Shown: positions 40,286-52,960 of the stretch, one piece after another
Numbering within the stretch: the first letter of the stretch is position 1
Layout of the letters: every line of letters starts with the position of its first letter
Program-made: the position numbers and the translations under genes
From: Anolis carolinensis
Lineage: Eukaryota
Assembly: GCF_035594765.1 (NCBI RefSeq)
Contig: NC_085842.1
Span: 253,467,747-253,531,746 of the forward strand
Direction: 5' to 3'
Length of the DNA stretch: 64,000 nucleotides
The notes under the pieces: model-generated
Seen by the model: the letters and a program-made list of their open reading frames with translations, nothing else
Databases searched by the model: none
Told to the model about the DNA's origin: nothing

Positions 40286-41244
40286 CCTCCCTTTGAAACC
40301 GTTGCAGCACCGTTCGAGCGCCCCCTAGCGAGGATTCCCTTAACAACACCCCCCCCTCTATATTTTCTTTCCCACTCCTCTTCCTTCATTGACCAGGTAA
40401 GAAGCTAAAAACAAAGGATGAGAAGACACGCAATGCAGGAAGCCTCGACATCGTAGAATGAATGCAGTTTGGCGCCACTTTAACTGGCCTGGCTCAATGC
40501 TATGGGATCTTCGGAGTTGTAGTTTGACAAGGTCTTTAGCCTTTTTTTTTGCCAGTGTGAATACTTTTCAGGACCACACGCTGCTCTTTAGACCCTCTCC
40601 TCCCTACTCTACCGACTTTGCAAAAGGCTCTACAATGGGCCCTTGGTATTTGCTATCGTCCTAGATAACAAAACCCATGGCTGCTCCGGACTCATTATTT
40701 ACACTGGGATACAAGTATAGGGAGATGGCATCCCTTAAATGGCAAAACCAAGATTTGGTTATTGGATTAAAAAAAATACATTCCAGCTGTAGATGGTCGA
40801 ATCTGTGGAAAAATTAAATACAGAATTAAAATTACAATAGTATAAAAGTGTGGCAAAATTGCCTCAATGTGGGCAGTGCATTGCTTCACAGGGACAACTG
40901 GAGCCCCTTACATACAATTGTAATTCAAAGTGGAATTTGCATTTCTAAGTCATTACTATAACACGTATCATTTAACATAAATGTATTTATGTACCCTTCA
41001 AATAATTACCATAATTATTAGCTACTAAAGGGCACATATAATTTGAAAGGACACCCTGTATTTATTTTTATTTTATAAAACCCACTGGGGGCCCTTCTAC
41101 ATTGCCATATAAAATCCAGATAATCTACTTTGAACTAGATTATATGGTAATGTTGTCTTTGCCTTCAACTGAGGTTGAGTATGATGAAATGAAGGTCTCC
41201 AAATGGATTTCTGTGGCTGAGCAGAAATTGTACATCTTGGAGAC

Positions 41245-41485
41245 AAGCCTCTTCCACTTAATGTTTTGTCTGTTTATGTTTCAGTTTATTTCCTAAAGTG
41301 TATGTCATCTTTGGTTTGTAGGTTTCTTAGCTCTATGTACTTGAAGCAGTGGGAGGGGCTGCAGACCATGCGACTGGTTCAATGACTGTTTAGAATGCAG
41401 TTTCAAAAGGATGACAGTTGAGGAGTGACAGGTGAAGCTTGAGTCTGTTTGAGTACAGAAGCCAGTGTTAGGAGTTAGAAGATAG
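41245..41485 (+). repeat. Dispersed direct repeat (possibly LTR-like); second copy at 51958-52195
   Basis: Shared ttcttagctctatgtacttgaag.agtgggaggggctgcagaccatg.gactggttca..gagtacagaagccagtgttagg. Confidence 0.75.
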
Positions 41486-42260
41486 TTGAGGCTTGAGTCC
41501 CTTGGAAGTAGACTGTTATGAAAGAGAGCTGTACAGAGCAATATAGTTTTGAAGAGACTGTTAAAGACTATAAGTTAAAGACACAAACTTAAATGTGTTA
41601 AAGTTTAACCTGACAAGAAATGTACCTGTATATTTAAATACATGAAGTGATGAGTAAAACAAACATGTTATTTTAAAGAAGTCTCCTTGAATCTTTGTCT
41701 GCTGAGTGTGGAATAAAAACAAGTTATTTGCGTGCCCAATATTATTACCCAATAAACTAAAGGAACACTTCTGATACCCTGCTACCCATTAGGTTGTGAT
41801 CCTAGGAGGTCATAATCCAATAGTCCAATAGTATCACTGGGCTCTTGGAGTCCTAGCTTGTGGACCACTACACCACAGAAATATCTGCTTCACTATGTGC
41901 ATCTAAAAACTTATCTCAAGTATAATGAGATCCAAGAAGGTGTGGGATCTCATTATTTGCACCGCTATTTAAATGTAACAAGAATGTGTGAATACTTTCC
42001 CCTTTGAATGTTTAAAAGGGCAAACAATTAATATTTTGGCCACCAAGTGCGTAGGAAATCTGAACAAGGTCTCTGATGTATACACAATGCATTCATGCAG
42101 CAAGCTTTCCTAATTTCAATGTCAGAAAACTATTCCAACTAGTTCTCAATAAAAACCAGACACAGGAACAGAATTGCCAGGATGTTCTGCATGAGGTTGA
42201 TGGGAGTAGATTGGCTACAGATAATTCAAGTTATCACCACTGACACAAGTCAAGCAACTT

Positions 42261-42266
42261 TTTATT
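42261..42266 (-). terminator. Candidate ZNF367 polyadenylation signal AATAAA (implies a ~2.5 kb 3'UTR)
   Basis: tttatt on + at the end of an AT-rich, mostly repeat-poor stretch below the stop codon; other AATAAA/ATTAAA candidates exist. Confidence 0.45.
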
Positions 42267-42865
42267 CAAAGCTTATTAGAATTACAGCATTTAAACTCAT
42301 GCTGAAAGTACAACTTAATCATGTGAAGCAGAGAATCCTTGAATCGCCACATTTAAAACATTTTAAAAATCGATGCAATGGTTCCAAAAATGTATTTTAT
42401 ACATAATTGGTAAAGCAGCTAGGCAGAATGTGTTTTGATTAAATACATATTTTAATATGTATTCTGTGTAAATGTGGTGAAAAGGGGAGGAACTTTATGT
42501 GTATCAACAAGCCAGGCCTTGTTCTCATATGTAGGGGATGTGGTCTCCTACAATATTCCAAGAAGTGCAAGCATTTTTCCCTTGCAAACTGTCTACAAAC
42601 ATTAATACATAATTCTAAGGATGTACCAAAACAAAGCACATACTACAGCCAAAGGGATAGATTCAGATATCCCTCTACAAAAGCTGACCGTTCCCACTTT
42701 CCTCTTAAGATCTAAGTGCTCCCTCAAGTATTTAAGAGGAAATATTTGTATGAGATACTTGAATCCAAAATAGAACATAATGATAATCTTAGAAGTAAGC
42801 AATGTGTACTACCCCAGCATCTGCAGTCAGTATCCACCATTCATTTATCCATGTCTAACAAATTA

Positions 42866-43173
42866 CACTATGTAACAATATTTGAAAAACATTCTGTTCC
42901 CAGTCTGAAAGTGTCATTTCCTGTTTAATTGTGCAGTACATACTCTGAAAGTAGTTATATTCCAGAAACTTTGTTTTTGTGGCTATCACAAACTATGTTG
43001 AATTGGTTGAGATTCTATAAGATATTCATTGAAAAATTATAGCAAAATGTGCTGCAGGACGTCCCACAAAAACAAAGTTTTTGCAATTTAATAAACTTTT
43101 CCCATGTTGTTATGAGAGAAGAAATAAGGAAAGACATTTATAACCCAGGAACAAAAAATAATTTTACATAGTG
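42866..43173. mobile_element. CAC..GTG-ended DNA transposon (Chapaev3/CMC-like), non-autonomous; inverted copy at 58837-59551
   Basis: TIR CACTATGTAA/TTACATAGTG; 3-bp TSD TTA (TAA in the second copy). Confidence 0.75.
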
Positions 43174-44725
43174 TTATATTATGTCTTTAGCTGTTTCCTA
43201 GGGCCTCCAGTGTGACCCCCATGGTATTCTTGGACCAGAGCTTGCTATTAAAATACGCTTTTGCGTAACCACATAAAAGTCCAGGAACACATCTCCCACA
43301 AACACAGGGAGTATACCTTAATAAAAACTGTATACTTTAATCCTGCCTGTTAGGACACTGGCCATTAAACTTCACAAGTATGCGTTTTCTTTGCATATTT
43401 GCTGAGATCAGAAGGAATCCAATTCCAGAATGAAACAGACATTAATTAGACAAAGATCAGGTAGTTCATTTGCTTATACCTTAGTAAGTAAGACCTGTAC
43501 CTTAGTAAGGGTCCACAGCCTATTACGTACTTTTACTCATTTGCTCAGACAGTTATAAAGGCACAAGTCGAGCTTATGATAAATTATTTAAGAATACAGT
43601 GTCCAGCCAAAAAATTATTTTTATTGCTCAAGAGCACTAAGTGCTATCTCTAACTTCATTTACGGGAAGAATACTACCACAAGTATCTCAACACTTGCAA
43701 CTACTGCTGGAAGCCTATTTTCCTAATTGCAATTTTATCAAAGACTGAACTACAGTTAATGAACACAGACTTGGCTGTAAGTTCAAATAAAGCAGTAAAA
43801 TGAAGTTATTTAAGAAAAATAACTATTTGCAAGAAAATCTTTTGAAGCGGCAGTTTAGTGTTTGCTATTACGGTAATATATTTTACTACAAACCAATGTA
43901 AGCATGGAAATATCTGAACAACACACAAATGCTGTAGTTACAGGATCTCAGAAATCTGAAATTCACACTTACTGTGATGCCATGATACCTAAATTTTGCA
44001 AGATTAATCACTCAGTTATAGATAAGTTGAACAATGTGCAAACGTTCCCAACATTCTAGTAAGAACAACAAGTGCTACTCAACCAAGAGTCTGCTGAGAT
44101 CTCAGTCCGCAAATACAAAGTCACTCTCCATGTCAGCAGCCAGTGAAGATCCTGAACAATGTCACCCAGCTAAGCTATTCAATGCTTCTACAAGATGAAG
44201 ACAACTATTCTGGCATTCTTGTCATTAATGGTAAGCAAACACCAAAGACTGAAAAGACATGGATGGGTTAATCTTTAGAGGATTTTTTTTCCAAAAAAAT
44301 ATGTCCACTAAAACCTCCCTTTATTCCAACCTAATGAGTTCAGAAAGTGCTTCCTGTAAGAACTGAATGAAAGAATGACTGGCATCTTGATCTTTTACAT
44401 AGAAGCAAGTCCCACTGTTTGCAGAAACTTACTTCCACACAGCTGAGATTAAACAGCATAACCCTAATCTTGCAAACGGAACATTCTATTACATGAGTAT
44501 TTCCCACACTGTGTTAGTGTGTCCCTATTTACAAAATACTTAAAAAGCTTTACAACTGTCTTACCATAAAAAAAGTGCAATTCTCTCACCCCATTTTCCG
44601 AGGCAACAACATTCTTCATAATTTCTACGTACATAATAGCAGCCTATAGAAGCAAATAAGGTGCTTAGCTTATGCTCAGAAGCTAATTGGTTTAAGTACC
44701 AAAATGCAGTAGGTCCAGTTTTCTA

Positions 44726-44963
44726 CTATTGCCGAAGTGGTGCTCCGGCCAAATTTGCGAGCTCAATGAGCGCCAGTGCACCATGCAAACGTTCACGCTG
44801 TTCTTGCAGCCGGCTACAAGGGGTTAAATGGGCAGCATATTTATCCTCGTCCTCATCATCTTCAGACTGAAGATATTCCATGGGATCTTGCTGCTCTTGG
44901 TCAGGCTTATGGGTAGTCTTACTTTTCAATGTAGGTGTACGCTGTTCTCTCATCTCCCAGTAC
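44726..44963 (-). CDS. ZNF367: ZNF367 exon 5 (last coding exon)
   Basis: tgacag|YWEMREQRTPTLK...RLQEQRERLHGALALIELANLAGAPLRQ*. Confidence 0.96.
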
Positions 44964-45216
44964 CTGTCAATAAAAATGGAACTTAACATTACAATTGTTA
45001 CTAAAACATAGCTATTCAGCCCCTGCATGATTTCTATGTAGTTAATCTAAGAAAGAACTTTTGTTCTTTTGAAACGAAGGTACATTTTAAAGTCATAGAC
45101 AGTAGGATGTGAAATATACCTAAAAATGCCAAGGTAACTAAAAATATAATGTAGTGGCTCCACCCAAATTTAGCATATTCTACGCCTTTAAACTTAAATT
45201 TATATAGAAGACTTAC

Positions 45217-45355
45217 TTTGCTAACCATTCAGCAACAGCCTTGTTGTCTGCAGTTTGCTTTTTGTTCAACCTGTCTGTTGGTTCTTCTCTCCTTAGCTTT
45301 GCATACGGATGCTTGGGACAATGACGGTTTGCATGTGTGAATCTGCTTACACATC
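45217..45355 (-). CDS. ZNF367: ZNF367 exon 4
   Basis: aataag|GCVSRFTHANRHCPKHPYAKLRREEPTDRLNKKQTADNKAVAEWLA|gtaagt; 139 nt. Confidence 0.96.
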
Positions 45356-46308
45356 CTTATTAGAAGAAAACACACTGAGCAGTTAGATACAGAGCCATTA
45401 CACCATCTGCCCTATGCATACATTATTAATTGCCTTTGGTCTGAAGATTTGTTGTAAAAACATGCACTCAGTGGTTATTATGGCCTGTGCAGACAGCAAA
45501 GTCTGATGTGGCTAATATTTTCAAATCAATACGAAGAATTCAGTTCACCTTCCAGGCTTGTTCCAGCTTCCTTACTCATAGCCTTAAAGATATTTTCCTA
45601 CAGCCACAATTTCTAACTATAAATGTATTCTCTGAATCATTCTTTCCCACAGAAAGTCATGTCTTCATGAGATTAGCCCTAGTAAATCTGAATTATCTGT
45701 TTAAGACAATGAAGCATAAGTCTATGGGAGAAGCACATGGTTCTTATGCTGGAAATATATTTTCATCACCACTGAATTATCTTTCAATAACTTTATATAT
45801 GTTCTTTACCATTAAGGCTCCAGGCATGACAATCATACTGAAGAGACCCCCAAACTCTCGTTCTATCAATTACCCATTAACCCCCCCCCCCCAGTATCTT
45901 TTTCTAATGTAAATCAGATAATCCCAATTCATCTTCGTTCATGCAACTCCATCCCAACGTTATTACGTCCTCAGCATGATCTGAGGAGATATAATTCATG
46001 TTTCACTAACAGAATCTTCTTTTCAGTGATCTACCCCATCACCAGGTATTATTTCTTATTGAGGTTTTAGACCTCCTTGCACATTCCAAGATACAAAGCT
46101 ACATTTTTCACCCACATCCTTCCTCTCAACAATCTCTTGAAAGCTTTTTCAAGTAAGAAAGCCCCTCTCCACTGAGATAAGTATAAACACACAGGGTATT
46201 AACTTCTTTACAGCCTAGTAAATAAACATGGCCAGATTAGTAACTTTGTGGTCTTATTTACAAGACTGTAATTCATAGAAGCACATTTGATTATAAGTGA
46301 TCTTCTCA

Positions 46309-46485
<177 letters not shown>

Positions 46486-47191
46486 TTACCAGGATCCTTT
46501 GTGATAACCAAAGTAAAACTCTTTCAGGAACTCTGATTACAATGTGGCCAAAATGTTAAGTATTTGTTTATTTTGAAATAGTTATTGACAATTTTTCAAC
46601 AGTTCAATTGAAAAGATCTTTATCTGCACTCTTTGGGTACAAACTCCATTTTAGTAATTTCAAGAGCTTGATACAAACTGATATTGCTCTCAAGTTACCA
46701 TAGTAGATTCTGAAACTCTTGAAAGCAAAGCTATACTTTGGAGCTAAGTTAACACTCCTTTCAGTGAAAGCACATACTTAAAAACAAACTTACAATCAAA
46801 ACATTCAGTCTGAACTTAATTGCCACAATAAAGTATACACTAAAAAGATGAGGTAGTGGCTGGCAATTACAGAAAGTGACAAGAACTTAAGAGTAATGAT
46901 ATTTTTCTGCCATTATTCACGAAAATATAAAAATTAACACAATTTTATTAGCTGGGCAGTTGCCTCACCATACTACAACTCCCAGGATTCCATAGCATTG
47001 AGCTACTGGCAGTTAAAGTGCTGTCAGACTGCATTCATCCTACAGAGCAGATGCACCTATAGACTGACATGCTAAAATCGTTAGCATGTTATATATTCTA
47101 CTCTGTCACTATCAAATGCCTTTCCATTTTTCTTCAAATTTTCAATAAAATAAATCTTGTTTCTTCTTGGCTACATAGGAATTCCACTTAC

Positions 47192-47342
47192 CAGTGTGGG
47201 TTCTTCTGTGTGCCTGTAAAGACTTCTCTCGCGGAAAGACTCTGTTGCAAACATTACAGCGAATCCTACTAGAAGAATGTTCACCTTCATTTATCAGATC
47301 TCGGACTGTGTCTGCTCTTGGACGGCCACGTCTGATCCCATC
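47192..47342 (-). CDS. ZNF367: ZNF367 exon 2 (finger 1)
   Basis: tattag|DGIRRGRPRADTVRDLINEGEHSSSRIRCNVCNRVFPREKSLQAHRRTHT|gtaagt; 151 nt. Confidence 0.97.
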
Positions 47343-48892
47343 CTAATAAAGTTAACAGGCCATGATCAAAGCTCTAATACTTGTAGAAAGAAATACATAC
47401 TTCTAATGAAATCAATTGTAAAAGAGACCTAAACTCATAAGACATGTAATGTTAGCCATGTGTCTTGGAAGTTCCATGCTTTGAAATGTATCCTTCAACA
47501 AATTTGCCCACTCTAGGAAGTAACAATGTACCCTATGTTGGCATGTATTTAATACAATACAGGATAAGATCCCTTATCTGGAATTCTGAAATTCTCCACA
47601 CAGCCATCTTTGCTTTCTGATGGTTCAATGTACATAAATTTTGTTTCATGTTCAAAATGATTTAATTTATTTAAATTTTATAAATATGATAAGATGTATA
47701 TGAAGCATAAATAAATGTGTTTAGTCTTGGGCTCTACTGCCAAGGTATCTCAAAATGTACAGGTAATCCTAAATCTGGAATCTAAAACATTCTTGGTCCC
47801 AAGCATTTCCAGTTTGAAATCAGATTGTTTTGACAAAACGCCACCATGGTGTTGAATTAAAGTTCATGGTTTGAACCCCCATACAGCCATGGAAGCCCAC
47901 TGGGTGACTTTGGGCAAGTCACATTCTCTCAGCCTCAGGGAGCGGCAAAAAACAAATCTTGCCAAGAAAGCCTTGTGCAGGAATGATGCAGCTTTGACAT
48001 ATTAATAACCATGGCACAATGTTATGGAACCAAGGCAGTGGTATTTTGCAAAGTCTTGAGCGTTCTCTGCTATCTCACCAAACCACAGCTGTCCATAGTA
48101 TTGAACCATGGCAGTTGAAGCGCATTAACTCCACAGTGCAGATATACTAGTCATTGCAGGATTTACCATTGTGCTTAGGTGTGCACAGGGCCCCATTGGT
48201 GGGGACGGGGATTACTCCTGCCATTTTTTCACAACAGATTTTGCTTATGTGCTGCAATTCTAAATTTGAAGTCATTCTGTTTTGGAGCTATTCCAGACAT
48301 AACAATAGAGTTGATAAGTCTATAGGAGTGTGCCACAAAGCAGGCAGTGTAGGCTTACCTCCTTCAGGGCCAAAATAAGCTACCTCATAACTTAAATTTG
48401 TTTTAAATCTGGCACTGCCCCCAGTTCATCTACACAGTAGAGTGGGACATCTTTTGAATGGCCCTGGCTGAGTGCTATGGAATCATGGGAGATGAAGTTT
48501 GACAGGGTGTTTGGCCTTCTCTGGCAAAGAGTGCTGTTGCCTCGTCAATTTCCAAAACCAGGATTCCATAGCATTGCACCATGGCAGGTAAAATGATGTC
48601 AAACTGCATCAATTGACAAAGAGGACAAAGGGACTACCTTGGGCATTTCAAATAAACTGGGGCAACTAAATTCGTTTAAAAAGAGAGGACTATCCTTGAA
48701 CACTCAGGAGAGTAAAGGCTATTATTTAAATCAGGCATGGGAAAATTTTGGCCCTCCAGGTGTTTTGGACTTCAACTCTGATTTAAAGGCTATATATGAA
48801 TGTGTGTGAAAAAACAAAATAATTCCAGGGCAGATACAAAGAGTTCGGTAAGAACTCATCCACACTTTTTCTGCAGCACAGAAACAACTCCC

Positions 48893-49699
48893 TTGTCTGA
48901 GTTTTCCAGGCTGTATGGCCATGTTCCAGAAGCAAGTTCTCCTGACGTTTCGCCCACATCTATAGCAGGCATCCGCAGAGGTTGTGAGGTCTGTTGGAAA
49001 CTAGGCAAAGGGGTTCATATATCTGGTGAAGGTCTAGGGTGGGAGAAATAACTTTCATCTATTGTGTAAAGTGAATTTTGCAATTAATCACCTCGATTAC
49101 CATTGACAAGCCTTGCAGCTTCAAAGCTTGGATGCTTCCTGCCTGGGGAAATCCTTTGTTGGGAGGTATTAGCTGGCCTTGATTGTTTCATGTCTGGCAT
49201 TCCCCATTTTCAGAGTGTTGTTCCTTTCTTTACTGTCCTGATTTTAGAGTTTTCTAATACTGGTAGCCAGAGTTTGTTTATTTTCATGGTTTCCTCCTTT
49301 CTGTTGAAATTGTCCACATACTTGTGGATTTCAGTGGCTTCTCTGTGTAATCTGACTTGGTGGTTGTTAGAGTGGTCCAGCATTTCTGTGTTCTCAGATA
49401 ATATACTTTGACCATGTTGGTTCCTCAAGTGCTCTGATATAGCTGACTTCTCTGGTTGAGCGAGTCTGCAGTGCCTTTCATGTTTGATTCGTGTCTGGGC
49501 AATGCTGCATTTGGTAGTCCCTATGTAGACTTGTCCACAGTTGCATGGTCTACGGTAAACTCCTGCAGAAGTGAGAGGATCCCTCTTGCCCTTTGCTGAA
49601 CGTAGGATTTGTTGGATTTTCTTAGTGGGCCTGTAGATAGTTTGGAGGTTGTGTTTCTTCATCAGCTTCCCTATGTGGTCAGTGGTTCCCTTAATGTAT
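48893..49699 (-). mobile_element. Penelope-like retroelement 3' part: GIY-YIG endonuclease remnant + pseudo-LTR with hammerhead motif
   Basis: ORF 49210..49662 has GVYRRPCNCGQVYIGTT..RIKHERH..SAISEH..REATEI..FNR (GIY-YIG/Uri domain); degenerate hammerhead at 48941-48981. Confidence 0.9.
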
Positions 49700-49789
49700 T
49701 ATTAGTATTATAATATTTACTTATACCTCGCTGTATCTCCCCAAAGGGGACTCAAAGCGATTTGACATAAAACCATTAATATACAAATA

Positions 49790-50067
49790 TGCAAACATTA
49801 CTCCACAGCTGCTGCAGAAATGCCTCCAACAGACAAGAGTTCTTTCTCTCACCTGATCTCCCTCGGGAGGGCATTCCAAAGCCAGGAGGCCACTACCGAG
49901 AAGGCCCTCCCCGGTAGATCTTATACCAATATACCTCACAACCTCCGAGGATGCCTGCCATAGATGTGGGCGAAACGTCAAGAGAGAATTCTTCTGGAAC
50001 ACGGCCATACAGCCCGGAAAACTCACAGCAACCCAGTGATTCCGGCCGTGAACGTCTTCGACAACAC
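49790..50067 (+). mobile_element. Penelope-like pseudo-LTR, inverted relative to the 48893 copy
   Basis: cacaacctccgaggatgcctgccatagatgtgggcgaaacgtc..cagcaacccagtgattccggcc; reverse complement of 48900-48990. Confidence 0.85.
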
Positions 50068-50403
50068 AACTCCCCCTTTCCTCTTCCTAGACCACAGGAA
50101 AAGAGGGTCCCGCCAACTGCGCGTGCGCCACCTGTTTCTCGCCGCGCGCCCGCACTCCCACCCGCTGATTGGCTGCCGCGCCTGCCTGCGCGCGAGACGG
50201 CAGTTTAAAAGCAAAGGAGGGAACACCCCCTCTCTGCCCCACCCCCCAATCGATGGTGTTTTGGCGCGCGGAGCTGTCGTCACAGGGAAGCGTGAATCAG
50301 AAAAGGGGGCGGGGTTGCTGGAATCCCCCCCCCCCCCCGCGCGCCAACGGCCTTTCTTTCCTTCTCCCCTTCCCGTGTAACCCTTCCCGCGCTGAGGGCT
50401 CAC

Positions 50404-50730
50404 CCGCAAGTGCCCGCCGAGGCCGCTGTCCGGGCTGCCGGCTTCGTCGTCTTGAGGAGGCGGCTGTGGGGCGGCTCCTCCTCCTCGCGCTCCGTCGGCG
50501 CGGAGAGCCTGTGGCGGCGGGCTGAGCGTGACGTTGTGCGCGTTCTCCCCCCAGCGCCACGGGTAGACCATGAACTCGCTGAAGCCCGGGCTGGTGGGCA
50601 CCGGGGGCCCCAGGGCAGACGCTGCCACCGCCGCCTCCTCCTCCTCGCGGGGCCGCTTGACCGGTGTGGTCTTGATGACGGAGACCAGGACGCGCTTCGG
50701 GGACTCCGCCGGGCGCAAGAGCACCGACAT
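50404..50730 (-). CDS. ZNF367: C2H2 zinc finger protein 367, exon 1
   Basis: SPKRVLVSVIKTTP and PTSPGFSEFMVYPWRWGENAHNVTLSP are ZNF367 signature blocks; CGG|gtgagc donor; 327 nt; the 5 exons total 975 nt = 324 aa + stop. Confidence 0.93.
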
Positions 50731-50779
50731 CCCGTCTCGCTCTGGCCCGCTTCCCGACCGCGCCGCGACTCGCCAGCCC

Positions 50780-51125
50780 GAGCCGAGACTTTTCCCGCGT
50801 TACGTTTCGCGCCTGGGCGGGGGGTGGACGTCAACAGATCGACAGTCGTCTCCAACCAATCACCTCACAGCAAAATGCCGGACTCTTCGGCATCAAAGGG
50901 AAAAGAGGCGCGCGGGGTGGGGCTTAGCTATAACCCGGACTGCCGGTTGGATGGCGGTGACTCAGCGCTAGCCAATAGAATTCGAAAGCAGGCTGAGAGG
51001 GGCGGGGCTCCGGCAGTGAAAGACTGTTTAGAGGCGATTGGCCTTCGCGCTGGAAGGAGGCGGGACCTGTAGTACTGGCGGTTAAATCGGCAGTAAACAT
51101 GTTGGTCTGTTTTGGCGCGTTATTT
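50780..51125 (-). promoter_or_regulatory. ZNF367 CpG-island promoter, cell-cycle type (E2F + NF-Y + GC boxes)
   Basis: TTTTCCCGCG 50790, TTTCGCGCC 50805, TTTTGGCGCG 51110; CCAAT 50856 and 50972, ATTGG 51037; GC boxes near 50815 and 51000; TTCGAA (CHR-like) 50981. Confidence 0.75.
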
Positions 51126-51269
51126 ATACTGAGGCTGGGCCTGGCCTGTGGTAACTGTCTTGCTGTATCTGTTTATCTCGTGGTGCATCCATTTAAACTG
51201 TGACGCTGAAGCAATAATACACAATAGTATTGAAATGCGGGAAGTTATTTTTGAGATTGTAACTTCCAG

Positions 51270-51668
51270 AATTGGTTGCTGTGGGTTTTGGGCTGTATGG
51301 CAATGTTCCAGAAGCATTCTCTCCAGACGTTTCGCCCACATCTATGGCAGGCAACCTCAGAGGTTGTGAGGTATATTGGAAACTAGATCAGTAAGATTTA
51401 TATATCCGGAATGTTCAAGATGGGAGAAAGAACTCTTGTGTGAGGCAGGTATGAATGTTGCAAATGGCCACCTTGATTAGCATTGAATGGCCTTGCAGCT
51501 TCAAGGTCAGGCTGCTTCTTGCCTGGGGGAATCCTTTGTTGGGGATGTTGTCTGGCCCTGATTGATTCATGTTTGGAACGTCAGGAAAGAATGCTTCTGG
51601 AACATAGCCATACTGCCCAAAAACCTCATAGCAACCCAGTGATTCTGGCCATAAAAGCCTTTGACAAC
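51270..51668. mobile_element. Penelope-like fragment (minus, 51270-51575) joined to an inverted pseudo-LTR piece (plus, 51576-51668)
   Basis: Same family as 48893-49200; the inverted piece starts at AACGTCAGG. Confidence 0.85.
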
Positions 51669-52372
51669 TTCCGGAATCCAGTGCACCTTCACAGTATTTA
51701 TTTATGGTGTCAGAAGCAAATTGAGAGTACAGTTTTAATGTATTAAAAAAACCCTCAAAGTTAAAAACTTGGCCTTATACTAAATTTCTTTTGGCCAGAA
51801 GCTGGCCACTTCAAGTGCCTCTGTAAGAAGGTCATCCACTGTGCATGCAGCAGGGCACAAACCATTGTAAGTGATCTGTGGTTTGCTCTTCTCCATACTG
51901 CATGTCCACTTTGTAGTCCCATTTCTGAAGATTTGCTCTGCATCTCATGGAACCTTTTCAAGCCTCCTCTATTTAATGTTTTGTCTGTTTTATAATGTGT
52001 CATTTTATTTCCTGAAGTGTATATCTTCTTTGGTTTGCAGTTTTCTTAGCTCTATGTACTTGAAGAAGTGGGAGGGGCTGCAGACCATGTGACTGGTTCA
52101 CTGACTGGATTATTTTTAAAGGGATGACAGTTGAAGAATGACAGTTGAGGCTTCAGACTTGAGTACAGAAGCCAGTGTTAGGTGTTTGAAGACAGTACAC
52201 AAATATAAATATATGGCATAAGTATAAAAACAACAATACATGTAACATACCAATAAAAATAGTAAGAATTATAAAGATTCCTAAAATGTAGTAAAACCTG
52301 TGAAAAAGCTGGCTATCTGCAATAAAAAGTGTAGAGTGGCACAATCGGTGGGTCATTGAGATGGTGGATCAT

Positions 52373-52647
52373 TGAGTACACAGTCCCAAAAGCCTGTTTG
52401 AAGAGCTATTGTTTTTAAAATTTGCCCGAAAGGCTTGAAGGGTGGGGGCTAGCCTAATTTTTTTTAGGGAAAGTATCCAAGAGCCAGGGAGCCAACACTG
52501 AGAAGGCCCTCTCGTCCCCACCAACCATATCTGAGACAGTGGTGGGACCAAGAGAAGGGCCTCCCCAGCAGATCTCAATGCCCATACCGGTTCATAGAAG
52601 GAGATGCAGTCTCGAAGATAGGTTGGACCTGAAGCATATAGGATCAT
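52373..52647 (-). mobile_element. L2-like LINE 3' fragment; a related plus-strand fragment lies at about 8690-8960
   Basis: GPTYLRDCISFYEPVWALRSAGEALLLVPP..WILS..IRLAPTLQAFRANFK resembles the L2 ORF2 C-terminus. Confidence 0.6.
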
Positions 52648-52737
52648 TGGTCTCTAACTGAGCAAAGTTCCATTTTGTCTTCTGTGCCATCAGCTGGAAA
52701 CCCCTCCCTCGAGGAACATGCTATGCTAATATAGTAT

Positions 52738-52741
<4 letters not shown>

Positions 52742-52805
<64 letters not shown>

Positions 52806-52960
52806 ATTGCATATAATATACAATATAATTTACAATAATAAATAATAGTTAATATATTGTATGTACATGTAATATTGATAATAATATAATGTAATGCAAT
52901 ATAATACTACTAATAATATAGTAATATTAATTATATATTATTTATTACATGTAATATTAC
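52742..52960. repeat. (GT)n(AT)n microsatellite followed by an AT-rich low-complexity tract
   Basis: Directly visible. Confidence 0.9.

Noticed and set aside
39299-40408. 369-aa plus-strand ORF across the SLC35D2 promoter array
   Set aside because: TTG start, repetitive Pro/Arg-rich translation and no recognisable domain; stop-poor GC-rich repeats explain its length. Would need ribosome-profiling evidence.
50169-51072. Overlapping long ORFs around ZNF367 exon 1
   Set aside because: Shadow frames of a CpG island; only the minus frame starting at 50730 matches a known protein.
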